Assembly: GCA_964106915.2 (NCBI GenBank)
Contig: OZ066924.1
Direction: 5' to 3' (one strand)
Length of the DNA: 64,000 nt
From: Podarcis gaigeae
Lineage: Eukaryota
Shown here: positions 13,185-25,648 of the stretch, in pieces
How the letters are laid out: each line of letters opens with the position of its first letter
Position numbering within the stretch: the stretch's first letter is position 1
The notes under the pieces: model-generated
What the model saw: the letters and a program-made list of their open reading frames with translations, nothing else
Told to the model about the DNA's origin: nothing
Database searches by the model: none
Position numbers and translations under genes: made by a program

Positions 13185-13500
13185 CAGATAAATTCAAAAG
13201 CGTCCAGAGTAGAGCAACAAAGATGGTCAGGGGTCTGAAAAATAAGTCCCATGAGGAAAGGTTGAAGAGGCCAAGTATTTTTAGCCTGGAGAAGAGAAGG
13301 CTCTGGGGAGACATGGTAGCACTGCTTAAACAAAATACCCGATTCTTTGCTGCCCTAGAGAGGACTAGATCTAATGAGCTTAATAGGGCAGATTTCAATT
13401 GAACAATGGGATAAACTTGTTGACAGTAAGGGCAGTTCAACAATGGACCCATTGCATGGGAAGGGTCTTGTTCACTGGTGGTCTTTAAGCCAAGGCCAGC
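13185..13500 (+). mobile_element. CR1 LINE 3' fragment
   Basis: [38 protein letters not shown] is the CR1 ORF2 C-terminal motif. Another CR1 scrap lies at ~23030-23165 on the minus strand. Confidence 0.85.
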
Positions 13501-15732
13501 TCAAGCACCCTCCATTTCACATGCAGTAAATGACTCAAGGGGCACTTCAACCGTACTTCTCCATTGACAATGGGGATGCATGCACCATCATACCTGTGGC
13601 CAGCAAGGTAGCCAAGAGGGCACATGGCAGACTGTACAAACCACGCTTTCCTCCAAGGCCTCACTACTGCCCCACCGCAGCTGCATCATTTTGCCGGATG
13701 GTAGGGCATTGACAGCCAGTGCCCATTGGTCAAGGTGCTTAACAAATGGTGGTGCCAGAGCCAAGGACAGGAAGAGCCAACTAATTCTAGCTTTGTCACT
13801 ATCCTCCTTCGTCAGTTCTACAAGGGCAACACTCAGACTAAGGTGAAGAAAGCCGACAGGCAGCAGCACAGCCTGCTGGACTGGTTGTACATAACAAGGC
13901 AAACAGGACGATGGATGACTGAAGGCAACTGAGATTGGTCAGTTGGTGTCCCATTCACTTTAGTGGACCAGCCTCCTCTGTGGTAGGTGAGTCCTGCCTC
14001 AAGCAGAATCTGGATAGGTCTTGTTTTGGCGAGGAGTGCTCTAGCTCTGGATTTCCTGCACTGAGCAGGTTCTTGAACTAGATGGTCTACAACATTTGAA
14101 TAAGACCATCAGTGGGTGGAATTCAATGTAGCACACAGTGGGGTCTGTATACATGGAATAAGATCTGTTCACGCAATGTGACTTTTTCAACTTCTACTTC
14201 CCCCCACATGCCCACCATGTATCCCCTAAATGTGTTCTCCCAACCCCCCAGAGCAAATTTAGGGGGCTGAAATGCTTTGAGCGACTGAACCTTATTCCAT
14301 GCACACATGAATCCCACACAATGGGTCTACTCTGACTATGAATTATTGGATCCAACCCATGGATACATTTCATCAAAGTCCCCCAAGATTCTCTTTTAGG
14401 TTCCAAGATCCCTTTCTTCTCAGCCTTTTAAGTGACCTCAGGGTGGGGCAGAGAAAAACTGAGGGTGGAGGAACCCTGGAGGCAGACAATCCCCAGGAGA
14501 AGGGAAGTCGTTTCACTTTTATTACTCACCACACTTGACTTTTGTTTTTTGTTTTTTGCAAACACATTGTAGTATATGAGTGGAGTGCCTCAACTGCTGA
14601 ACGGTGCTGGTTTTATTATATAAATATAGGGCTCTTCTTAAGAAATGGAAAGCTTAGGCAATCGCTCGCTTTCCGGTCCACACACGCTGCTGCACTCAAT
14701 GGTCCTGTTAACAGCTATATTTTTCAGTCCACCTTCCTTGATTCTGGTTAGATTCAACCTGCAAGGCACACATAGAACATGATATGTGTTGATCCCACTT
14801 TACAAGCAGTCATTTGAAGCAGCCTCAAATTTGTTAACAGTGGGACAACAGGGAAGGTATCAGGTTTGCCGTGAACTTAACTCCCTCAAAGGGAGCTCTT
14901 TTTTAAAAAAATAAATAAAATGTTTTGGTTAATGAATGTATCATAAAGAGGGAAAAGTTCAAACACTTGCTTCATGTGCGTGTTATACCCTGCAGGTATG
15001 GTATTTAACACCACTCTTAAACCATGTCTTTTGCTTTTCCACTTGAAGCATAATGAGGAAGCCAAAGCATACGGTAGGCTAAGATTTCTATGGTTCTGAT
15101 CACAGGGAAGGTTTACAAGAAGGCAGTGCAGGAATACAGCAGCGTCTCTATGCAACCCCACTGCAGGGGGCTTCATATTGTACTCCACTGAAGAGTACAT
15201 TTTAGAGTCAGGAGGAGGGACAGAGGAACACTGCCGCCCCCCTCCACATCATGATATACTTTAACAGAGGAGTCAATTTGCAGACTTCACATGGATCCAT
15301 GGGGTCATTGTCCTAACACCACCCCATTTGTTGTACTTTTATGCTCTGGAGGAAACCTCTTGAGTAACAGTGAGTTTATTTAGCTGCATAAAGTTTGGCT
15401 GGCTCCGGTTCATTCAGAGGCCTGTGTGTGGAAGGCAGGAAAATCCCAGCTTGCAGCTCCAGAGGAGTCAGTGCTCAGTGACATTAATAAGATCCAGAGC
15501 CAAGAGTTGGACAGCTGTGATCTTCTTTATCCTCTGCCCTGCAGGATGAGTGTGTTTTAAAGCTTATCATCTCCTTTACAGTATTCCTCGCCCCGTACTG
15601 CTGCAGCATGAATGGGGCTGGGAAGGCTGGAATAACAAGAGAGCTGAGAATTTCTATTCTCACGTTGCTTAGTGGGCTATGCGAGAGCAGTGGGTACAAA
15701 TGTATCTAAACAAGATTCTCTCTACACTGGTA

Positions 15733-16094
15733 AAAGGTAAAGGTACCCCTGCCCGTACGGGCCAGTCTTGACAGACTCTAGGGTTGTGCACTCATCTTAC
15801 TCTAGAGGCCGGGAGCCAGCGCTGTCCGCAGACACTTCCGGGTCACGTGGTCAGCGTGACGAAGCTGCTCCAGCGAACCGGCACCAGAGCAGGACACGGA
15901 AATGCCGTTTACCTTCCCGCTAGTAAACAGTCCCTATTTATCTACTTGCACCCGGGGGTGCTTTCGAACTGCTAGGTTGGCAGGCGCTGGGACCAAGCAA
16001 ACGGAGTGCACCCCGCCACGGGGATTCGAACCACCGACCATGTGATCGGCAAGTCCTAGGCGCTGAGGTTTTACCCACAGCACCACCCGTGTCC
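15733..16094 (-). mobile_element. Sauria SINE
   Basis: (AAAGGT)n tail at left and reverse-complement tRNA-like head at right; similar to 23812-24130. Confidence 0.85.
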
Positions 16095-16120
16095 CTACAG
16101 TGGTACCTCTACAGTCTCTA

Positions 16121-16362
16121 CAGTGGTACCTCGGGTTAAGTACTTAATTCATTCTGGAGGTCCGTACTTAACCTGAAACTGTTCTTAACCTGAAGCACCA
16201 CTTTAGCTAATGGGGCCTCCTGCTGTTGCCGTGCCGCCGGAGCCCGATTTCTGTTCTCATCCTGAAGCAAAGTTCTTAACCTGAAGCACTATTTCTGGGT
16301 TAGCAGAGTTTGTAACCTGAAGCGTATGTAACCTGAAGTGTATGTAACCCGAGGTACCACTG
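16121..16362. mobile_element. Tc1/mariner (pogo/Tigger-like) MITE, 242 bp
   Basis: TIR CAGTGGTACCTCGGGTTA; TA TSD; internal AACCTGAAG repeats. Confidence 0.88.
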
Positions 16363-17180
16363 TATTTATAGTCACCTTGATGAGAACCGCTAAAGTAGGA
16401 ACATTCTTACAAGGAATCATTGGGGGAGGGGGTAATAAACAGGCATTTGAAAGGAGTGGTGTAGTAGATTCTGTAGATAAAAGAAAATGGACTAAAGCTC
16501 TGAGGTGGTAAAATCCAGAGGCACAGCATGTTCAGTAGAAATTTTGGGAGAAATGTCTCCCTGCTCAAACGTCTGCTTACACCGGATGTGGAATGCAGCT
16601 GCACGTTTTCTAATGACCAGGATGTTAGGAAGGTTCTTTCAGTGTGTGTGAAATGAAGGCTGTTAAATGGATGCAACATGATGATTATGTAATGCTATCT
16701 CTACCCCCCCCCCACCCCAGCTCCTCTTACGAGAAAGCAATCCTGGATTTGTTCCCCCACCCCAAAAAGGTTTACTAGCAATTTAATAAAAGGGACTGTT
16801 TCACAAGTTATTTTAATTTTAAACATATGCAACTTAATGAATCACTCCACTCTTTTACATACAACGCTGAAAATAAGTTTCAGATTGTATGACTATGTGG
16901 CCAGGATCCTTTAGGGCAAAGCATGTGACGGTGAAGGGTCTGAAATCTGGTGAATGCCAGCCATCCCAAATAAATAATTGTAAATGTCTGAAATGTCAGG
17001 GACACACTGGTGCACATATCGTAGACCCTCATTTAATAGTGACCGTCTCTTTCAAATGTCCCCAAAGTGGGATAATTGGGGTCCTTCACAAAATTCCCCT
17101 GGGATTGTCAGCATGTCAACATTCACCAAATTTTGGACATCCAGTGAAATAGATAACGTATAATTGTCAGGGGTCCCTTT

Positions 17181-17597
17181 GTTATTGTTTAGTCGTTTAG
17201 TCGTGTCCGACTCTTCGTGACCCCGTGGACCAGAGCACGCCAGGCACTCCTGTCTTCCACTGCCTCCCGCAGTTTGGTCAAACACATGCTGGTAGCTTCG
17301 AGAACCATCTTGTCCTCTGTCGTCCCCTTCTTCTTGTGCCCTCCATCTTTCCCAACATCAGGGTCTTTTCCAGGGAGTCTTCACTTCTCATGAGGTGGCC
17401 AAAGTACTGGAGCCTCAGCTTCACGATCTGTCCTTCCAGTGAGCACTGAGGACTGATTTCCTGAAGAATGGATAGGTTTGATCTTCTTGCAGTCCGTGGG
17501 ACTCTCAAGAGTCTCCTCCAGCACCATAATTCAAAAGCATCAATTCTTCGGCGATCAGCCTTCTTTATGGTCCAGCTCTCACTTCCATACATCACTA
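17181..17597 (-). mobile_element. RTE-BovB LINE 3' fragment
   Basis: Same RT C-terminal peptide; 13-bp TSD CAGGGGTCCCTTT (17168-80 / 17598-610). Confidence 0.92.
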
Positions 17598-18511
17598 CAG
17601 GGGTCCCTTTACCTTTACTTAATCTGCACCAACTAGTGCCCTGTTAAGGATAAAGCAACTTAGTGATCCTATATTTTCTGCCAAGCTGAGTCAATGTCTT
17701 CAGGATTGTATCCTCCTGATGAGCATTTCCCATCAATCAAGAAGATAAAATCCTTGCAGGCAACAGATGCTGATTCTTAAACAGCTTAGATGCTCAGACC
17801 ACATCAGAAATGTCAAGAAAAGCCCTTTTGAACTTTATTTATTGTCGTCAAAACGAAATTCACCTTTCATCTCCCTTAACATCATATCCTTTTCTGTAAA
17901 TTTCTTAAACTGCTGCACCTGCTTCAGTAGGCTTTTAATTGGGATTTTTATGACTTTTATATTTGATGTCCAAATTCCACTATAACATTTAAACAGATAA
18001 ATATCACCAGACTAGATGTGCAATTAAGGTAAACAGCTGAAGGAGATTATATATTATACCAGAAAACTGTATTTTACTTATGTAAGTTTCAGATTTATTT
18101 GTTTATTGCACTTATGATCATTCAGTTTATCATTCCTAGACCAGCATCTCAATCTGAAAGTTGTAGGGTTTAGCTAGCAAAATTAGAAACAAAACCTATT
18201 TTCTAATGAGATCTATGGGATGAAAGACAGCCACACCTAACAGTCTGATCCTTAGCTTATCCTAGCATAACTTCCACTGAGTTCAGTGGGGCTGATACGC
18301 AAATGAGTATTCACAGTACTGCAAACTTAATTCCATAATTAAGGGAGTTAATAATATATAACTTTTGATGTCTCCATACATACATAGAAATTGTTTTTTG
18401 CATATATAGTAGTTAGGAATACACAAATCAGTCTATTTATGACCTGTGTCAATTTCCTAAATTCATTCTGTCACAATTTCCACATCAATTTATAGATTTT
18501 CTTTTTAAGTA

Positions 18512-18770
18512 CTGCATTTTTCGCCCTATAAGACGCACCAGACCATAAGACGCACCTAGTTTTTGGAGGAGGAAAACAAGAAAAAAAATATTCTGAATCC
18601 CAGAAGCTAGAACAGCAGGAGGGATCGCTGCGCAGCGAAAGCAGCGATCCCACTTGCTGTTCTGGCTTCTGGGATAGCTGCACAGCCTGCATTCACTCCA
18701 TAAGACGCACACACATTTCCCCTTACTTTTTAGGAGGGAAAAAGTGAGTCTTATAGAGCAAAAAATACGG
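18512..18770. mobile_element. Tc1/mariner-superfamily (Tc2/pogo-like) MITE
   Basis: TIR C(C/T)G(T/C)ATTTTT.GC.CTATAAGAC; TA TSD. Confidence 0.82.
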
Positions 18771-19988
18771 TACTTAAATAAACATTTAATTAATGTACAG
18801 ACTTCTAAATGTACACACTTCTAAATATATTTTATTTAATATACACACTTCTATGCCTTTGGGGATATACTTTGAGCTGACAACCAGAACACAAAACTCA
18901 GAGAGGGCTATTACATTCTGACTTGTACATTAGTCTGGGAGGTGAAAAACAAGTCAGTTCCCTTTCAAAATGCAATCAAAGTGAAATGTTTATTCATTCC
19001 TAAAAGTAGTTCAACTTGGGTGAGGTGCCACATGATTGAGCAGAGAACTGTTTATTAAAGATGGAGGGCACCAGGTTGGGGAAGGTTGATCTAATCCAAT
19101 GTTTGTAGAATGCTCCCCCAAGGAGGTAATCATCTGACTGTGACACTTGGCATTGGATAGTCATTTGCACCAATGAAATTACTAGCAAGGTCAACAGGTG
19201 CATGCAGTTGTGAACCCCACCTTTAAAACTGAGCAATTTCCTCATTTGCTTTATTTAATAACCCAGATTGATTGACTGCAACCTTTGCATTTTCTCCACC
19301 AATAATTATCTCCTCTTCCACAATATTCCTATCCTACAAAAAAAGGTAAACTAGCTGCAACACTGTTAACTACATTCGGGTATACGTTATAACCCTGTGA
19401 TGAAGAGTTGCAGGATTTGGACCTCTGATAAGTCTTAAAAGTCTTTTTATTCCCTGATTTAGTAAAAAAAATGATGCTGTCAAAACAAACAGCAGATTAA
19501 GCTATAAAAGTCTGGAATGCACAGTAGGCATGAGGTTTTAGGAGTTACAGATGTTGTGCATTGAACAGCTGATACATGGATGTAGCTCTATCAAAAAGTT
19601 AAATATTTACAGAATAATTTATTTGGGTATATTAAAGGCTTAATCATTTCTGGAAGGATCTTCCCAACCAAAGAAAGACGATAATGCTAGACATAGACAA
19701 TCATTGACAAAAAAATGAATTTTGTTATATAACAATTGCATCTCTGGGTAGAGCACTAGGGTCCAAGATTCATTCTGCAACAAACATACTTCAGGGAAGA
19801 GCTGTAGCTCAGTGGTAGAAAATCTGTTTTGCATGCAGAAGGTCTCAGGTACAATCCCCAACATCTCCAGGTGTAGGTCTGGGAGAGAACCCTGCCTGAA
19901 ACCTTGGAGTGCTGCTGCCAGTCAGGGTAGAACAAATTGAGCTTGGTAAGACCAGTGTTAAATAAGTTGGAGTTCTTGTTATTAAATA

Positions 19989-20651
19989 TACCAAGAAAAA
20001 AGCACACCAAGAACTCAGAAGAAGAAGAGTTTGGACTTGATATCCCACCTTTCACTCCCCTTAAGGAGTCTCAAAGTGGCTAACATTCTCCTTTCCCTTT
20101 CTCCCCCACAACAAACACTCTGTGATGTGAGTGGGGCTGAGAGACTTCAAAGAAGTGTGACTAGCCCAAGGTCACCCAGCAGCTGCATGTGGAGGAGCGG
20201 AGACGCAAACCCGGTTCACCAAATTACGAGTCCACCGCTCTTAACCACTACACCACACTGGCTCTCCACGTGTAAGCTGAAACTCAGGCCAATGTAAGTT
20301 TCAATAGACTATGGACTAACATGAACCTACTGGTTTCTGTTCCATAATTGACTTCTGACTTCTGCTCAATGATTGAAACTAAGACCTCCACGTCGAATCT
20401 GACTATGGACTAACATGAATTAATCTCTACTCATAAACTCTTATTTCTAATTCTGTAACAAATTATTGTGTTATACATATCTTTATGAGTTTGAGTTTAT
20501 AATCTCTATTTGAATTTGTAATCCTTGTCAGAATACATACTTTTGAATGGATTAGTTTTTGTTACTATTGACTAGCGATTTGCGAGTAGGGACCACTCCC
20601 ACTATTGAAACTTACATTGGCCTGAGTTCTTGGTGTGCTTTTTTCTTGGTA
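19989..20651. mobile_element. Unclassified TIR DNA element with ~50-bp TIRs and TA flanks
   Basis: TACCAAGAAAAAAGCACACCAAGAACTCAG[SINE]GCCAATGTAAGTTTCAATAG is mirrored at 20602-20651. Confidence 0.8.
20018..20266 (-). mobile_element. tRNA-derived SINE, Squam3-like
   Basis: Reverse complement of the 3301 family; inserted in a TIR element with AACTCAG duplicated (20012-18 / 20281-87). Confidence 0.8.
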
Positions 20652-21395
20652 TAGATAAAATTGTTGGCCTCACTCATTATAAGGCAGCTTCTGGTGTCCC
20701 TATGTGTTTCCCAATAGAAGGGGAGACTCTATAAAGAATGGATGGACATACTACCTACTTAACAATACTGTATTAAAATCAAAGGCACTTTCTGCTTTAT
20801 TTTGATGAGGGTGGAATATATTTCAAAATGATATATGTGTCAATGGGTCATTTAAAGAGCTAGTGCAGTGGAAGGTATGATACTTCTGATAAGGAAACTG
20901 AATACAAATCTCTGTTAGCCATGAGTGAGGCCATAGCCAAGTTTAAAACACTTATGGGCATCTGTCTGCTTTGAGAGACAGTGGAGTGCTGCTCTGGGAC
21001 TCAAGTCAAACCGGTGCATTGCCAGAATCAAAGTGACCTCCCCAGGGCGCAAGCCTGGACAGTGTGTGTGGAGGTCCTGGGCTGCCCAGATGATAAGGCC
21101 CCTCTCTCAGCCCTGCTGATGTGGTCCAAAGGAAAGCAGAGCAATACGTTTGACACCAGACTAGCTGCAAGAGTTGCCAGAAGGAGGCGTACAAGATGCC
21201 ATCCAACTGTCTTAGGAACTCACTAAGGATTTGTGTAGGGTTTGCTCCTCAACCTTTTCTTCTCCCGAAGATATTCCACAAGGCAGGTGAAGTTTAGGAC
21301 CACAGTTTTCCTTCTCCTTAGATGGGCGACCTTCCCAGGTTGACAAACCCCATTTGCTCCCATTTAAAGCACTTTGATACCACTTTAACAGTCAT

Positions 21396-21684
21396 TTGTT
21401 GTTGTTTAGTCGTTTAGTCGTGTCCGACTCTTCGTGACCCCATGGACCAGAGCACGCCAGGCACTCTCCTGTCTTCCACTGCCTCCTGCAGTTTGGTCAG
21501 ACTCATGCTGGTAGCTTCGAGAACGCTGTCCAACCATCTTGACCTCTGTCGTCCCCTTCTCCTTGTGCCCTCCATCTTTCCCAACATCAGGGTCTTTTCC
21601 AGGGAGTCTTCTCTTCTCATGAGGTGGCCAAAGGATTAGAGCCTCAGCTTCACGATCTGTCCTTCCAGTGAGCACTCAGGGCTT
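21396..21684 (-). mobile_element. RTE-BovB LINE 3' fragment
   Basis: MRREDSLEKTLMLGKMEGTRRRGRQR peptide and the same tail as the other two copies. Confidence 0.9.
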
Positions 21685-23811
21685 AATAATTATTCCCTCT
21701 TCCTAGGGAGCTCTGGGAATTGTAGCTCCTCTTCCAGATCCCGCTTGCTCATGTGCATGTGCTAAACCTTGGTTTGGCTTACTGTGACACGTGAACCAAG
21801 CCAGTATGTGCATTCCTATCATGAAAACCCATCTAACATGAAAAGTATGCATCTTTGGTCAATTGTGCCTGCTTTATACCATGCTTTATAAGAGCAAGTA
21901 GAGAAGTGCAAGGTTGTTCACTGTCAATGCATGGGATGGCTGTTTCCACTAGACCTACCTCTAAACCAACATAGCCAGTGTCCAGGTGTTATTAGACTCT
22001 AGCTCCCATCAGCTTCAGCCAGCATGGCCAATGGGCAGGGGTGAAGGGAGTTTTAGTTCAGCAGCATCTGAAGGCAACTATGTTGACTACCACTGATCTG
22101 AACAGTCTTCTCTGTTTTAGGTTGGGAAAGCTAAAGTCATTTTGTTGATGCAACTATCAGCAATAGTGTTTTATCTAATGTTCCTTTTTGTCTGGACTCA
22201 ACAGGGTAATGTGCAGTCAAATTTGCATATAGTTAAACTCCAGGCAACAGACAACAGGGCTGCAGGACACAAATGTATCTGTCAAAAGTTAATGAGCATC
22301 TGTTTACTATACTTGGGCTGCAGTGTTAAAAACACAAATTTAACTCAGCTCCCCCCCCCCCCAGTAAATATGCCTGCTTTGAACATGAAGGGGTTACCTG
22401 CAGACAAAAACAAAACACAACAAAAGACCGTAACTTGAATGTATAGAGACTAAAGCTGATCCCTGTAATTTAGCTCTTTTGTAGTACAGCAGTCTAAAGA
22501 AACAGATAGCTTAGTTGTTTCAGATGTTAGACTTCAATGAGCCAGGATGGATTTCTTTTAAGATGGCACCAATTTTTATCTAATTTATTGGCTTTGTAGT
22601 CTTTATGAGTTTGCTTTCTTAATGTCAACAATTAAAGAGGGATTCACACTCATTTAGTGGTCACCTTCTTCTTTTTGTAGTCCATATATTCTTTTATATT
22701 TAATTCCCATGTGGATTATTGGTGTGTCTTTTTAAAAAAAAAATCACCTGTCTCACATGATCAGGGCCAGCTTTCAAGATTTAGTAACCACAAGTACAAT
22801 ACCTGAATATCATCTAAAGTTGATGAATAATGACTAGCTAGCTATATGGCTGGCCATCCTGTGGCATAGGAACCACAGTAGCAACAATGAGTTATTACAG
22901 GACACGAGAACCATTGCAAGAGGGTCTATGAAGCATCAACCCTGCACTCTTCAGACAAGGGATCATTGCTCTGTAGTACAGACAGGATAGTGGGGAAATT
23001 AACTTCAGTTCACCTTTAAGGAAAAATTGACCTATTTTGCCATTTTCTTTATCTGTTTTCTCCATGCCATGCATAATTTCATAAATTTCTACCATGTCAC
23101 CTCTTATTGCCTTTTCTCTGAACTAAAAAGTTCCCATCACTGCAAACTTTCCTTGAAGAAGAGTCGTGGCAAAAGGCAGAATAAACCCTCATAACGGGGC
23201 ATCTGGGGGGCAGGATTGGGCTGCACCACCGTAAGATCCACGGGATCCTGGACAGATCCTGCTGCCCTAACATGATGGCATTGGGCTCAATTCGGACCTC
23301 TTTGCTATGCGTGCCCCTACAACTTCCAACATGGATGACACAAGTGTTAGTGCTTTGCATGCGGTGCTGGCTGTGCCACTTCATCAACTCCTGGCACAGA
23401 CAGACAGGGCTAAGGATTGCACCCTAAACCAATATGGTTCTCCTACTACCACTCTGTGTGCAGTGCTGCTCAAATGGAGGCCACATTCATGCCATACATT
23501 TAAAACACTGTGATACCAAGAGTCATGGCTTCCTCTAAAGAATTCTGGGAGTTGTTTTTTGAGGGCATTAATGGGTTACTGCCTTGATTTTGTATGTTGT
23601 GGTCTTGTTGTGAACCGTCCTGAGACCTCTGGGTATAGGGCGGTGTATAAGTTGAATAAATAAAACGGGGTGCGGAGAGTTGTTAAGGGAATCCTATTCC
23701 CTTCCCAGAGCTACAGTTCCCAGAATAGGGAACTATGGGTTCTCCTAACAACTCAGAACGCTTAACAAACCACAGCTCCCAGAATTCTTTGGTGGAAGCC
23801 ATGACTGTTTA

Positions 23812-24130
23812 TGGGACGCAGGTGCCACTGTGGGTTAAACCACAGAGCCTAGAACTTGCCGATATCTTGGCGGTTCGAATCCCTGTGACAGGGTGAGCTC
23901 CTGTTGCTTGGTCCCTGCTCCTGCCAACCTAGCAGTTCGAAAACACGTCAAAGTGCAAGTAGATAAATAGGTACCGCTCTGGCGGGAAGGTAAACGGCGT
24001 TTCCGTGTGCTGCTCTGGTTCGTCAGAAGCGGCTTAGTCATGCTGGCCACATGACCCGGAAGCTGTATGCCGGCTCCCTCGGCCAATAAAGTGAGATGAG
24101 CGCCGCAACCTCAGGGGTCCCTTTACCTTT
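23812..24130 (+). mobile_element. Sauria SINE
   Basis: tRNA-like head GGGACGCAGGTG...GGTTCGAATCC; ACCTTT-type tail; 11-bp TSD ATGACTGTTTA (23801-11 / 24131-41). Confidence 0.88.
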
Positions 24131-25401
24131 ATGACTGTTTAAAGTGCCATCGTGGTGTTTTAAACGTGTGGAGTGAATGTAGCCTGATTCACTTCATATC
24201 GTGATTTAGCATGGTAACTCAATAGGACAGAGTCTCCACCTGTTGACATGTCCTAACACCTTGCCCCTCCTTCCCTTCCCACTTCAGACAATATGGCCGA
24301 ACTCTTGGCTCATATTTTTTGGATGAAATTGTTTGAAACACTTCCATAATTAGCTAGAGCTCTGCCTTGGAGAAAGCTGAGAGGAGGAATGAGTGTGTGT
24401 GGGAGAAGGGGAGCCTGCCATGTTCAAGACTGTAAAACCTCTGCAGTTTTATAAGTAACACCAGAAAGAGCGAACTCCTGCATGCGGCCGTTCTCATGGC
24501 TTTCATTAGCGCAGGGAGTTAATCAAAAACACTTCGACCTCAGGCAAGTACCACTCTGCAACGAGAATATTAGAAGGGGTATAAAAACATCATGCTCACT
24601 CTTGCATTAATTTGCTTAGTCCTTTTAAAAATAAAAATAATGAAGGAGTTTTGCCTTTAAGAGACAGCACTGTAGGTGTCAGCTAACACCTGGCATGTCT
24701 TTGAATTTACTATGTGTGTGCAAACAAATGAAATCTGATCAGTCGCCCTTGAAGGAAGTTACAGAATATCCTCTGGATGGCTCATCCATTGGACAGAGAG
24801 ATCGGGATGGTTGAAAAATATAGTAAATGGGAGTGGTGAAATGGTGGGAGCAGAGTGCATATATTCAGGGCTATTTTTCTAGAAAAAAAGAGAAGCCGGA
24901 ACTCACCACAAACACCTCCCTTGTTCTCTTATAATGGCAATGGTGCCTACCTGAGAGGTGCCAGAACTGAGCTCCAATGTGTTGCAGCTGAAAAAAGCCC
25001 TAGCATATATTGGTGCTGAATAGAGGGGAAGGGGGTTCCAGAGGGAAAGGGAAACAAGACATGCCAATGAAAATAAATGAGAAAAGTGGGCCTTGAAAGG
25101 AACTTGAATAGGTTCTTGCAGGGTATGCATAAAGGAGCAGAACTTTAAAAATGGTCCCAGCCACTTGTAGCTTCTGGAACCTAAGTGGTGAGAAAGGGGG
25201 GCTTTTTTGAATAACCCCCATGGCATTAGTACTAGTCTGAGCATTTGAAAGACTGAAGGTCTGAGCAGAAGGGTGATAACAGAGGGGTGGAACATCATCC
25301 CTGATTTCAACTGTTTGAAAACTGCTGCTACATGCTGGGAAGATTGGCTACTAAATGCCCAAGAGTGGTGATTCACTGGTTTGGTTTGTTTGTGTGGTTT
25401 T

Positions 25402-25648
25402 TGTTAAGTTGTGGGTGAACATATCAGACGACACAGCAATTCTTCAAACAGCTCTTGTTTATTCACAGGCCAGAACTGAACTAAACTGAAGGGTTCAGTC
25501 AGCCTGCTTATATAGAGCTCCAGTACAACGTAACTGTAACAATTTTCTAAAACTATCCAATCACTGAATGTCACTTTCGATCCCTTATTTGCATAACTAT
25601 CTACAGTATCCCCCTGCTGGCCCAGGGTGAGAACTTCAGTACATAACA
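25402..25648 (-). mobile_element. Solo LTR (Gypsy-like)
   Basis: TG...CA termini; near-TSD GGTTT; minus-strand CTATATAAG and AATAAA; starts TGTTATGTACTGA like the 10.2-kb LTR. Confidence 0.72.
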
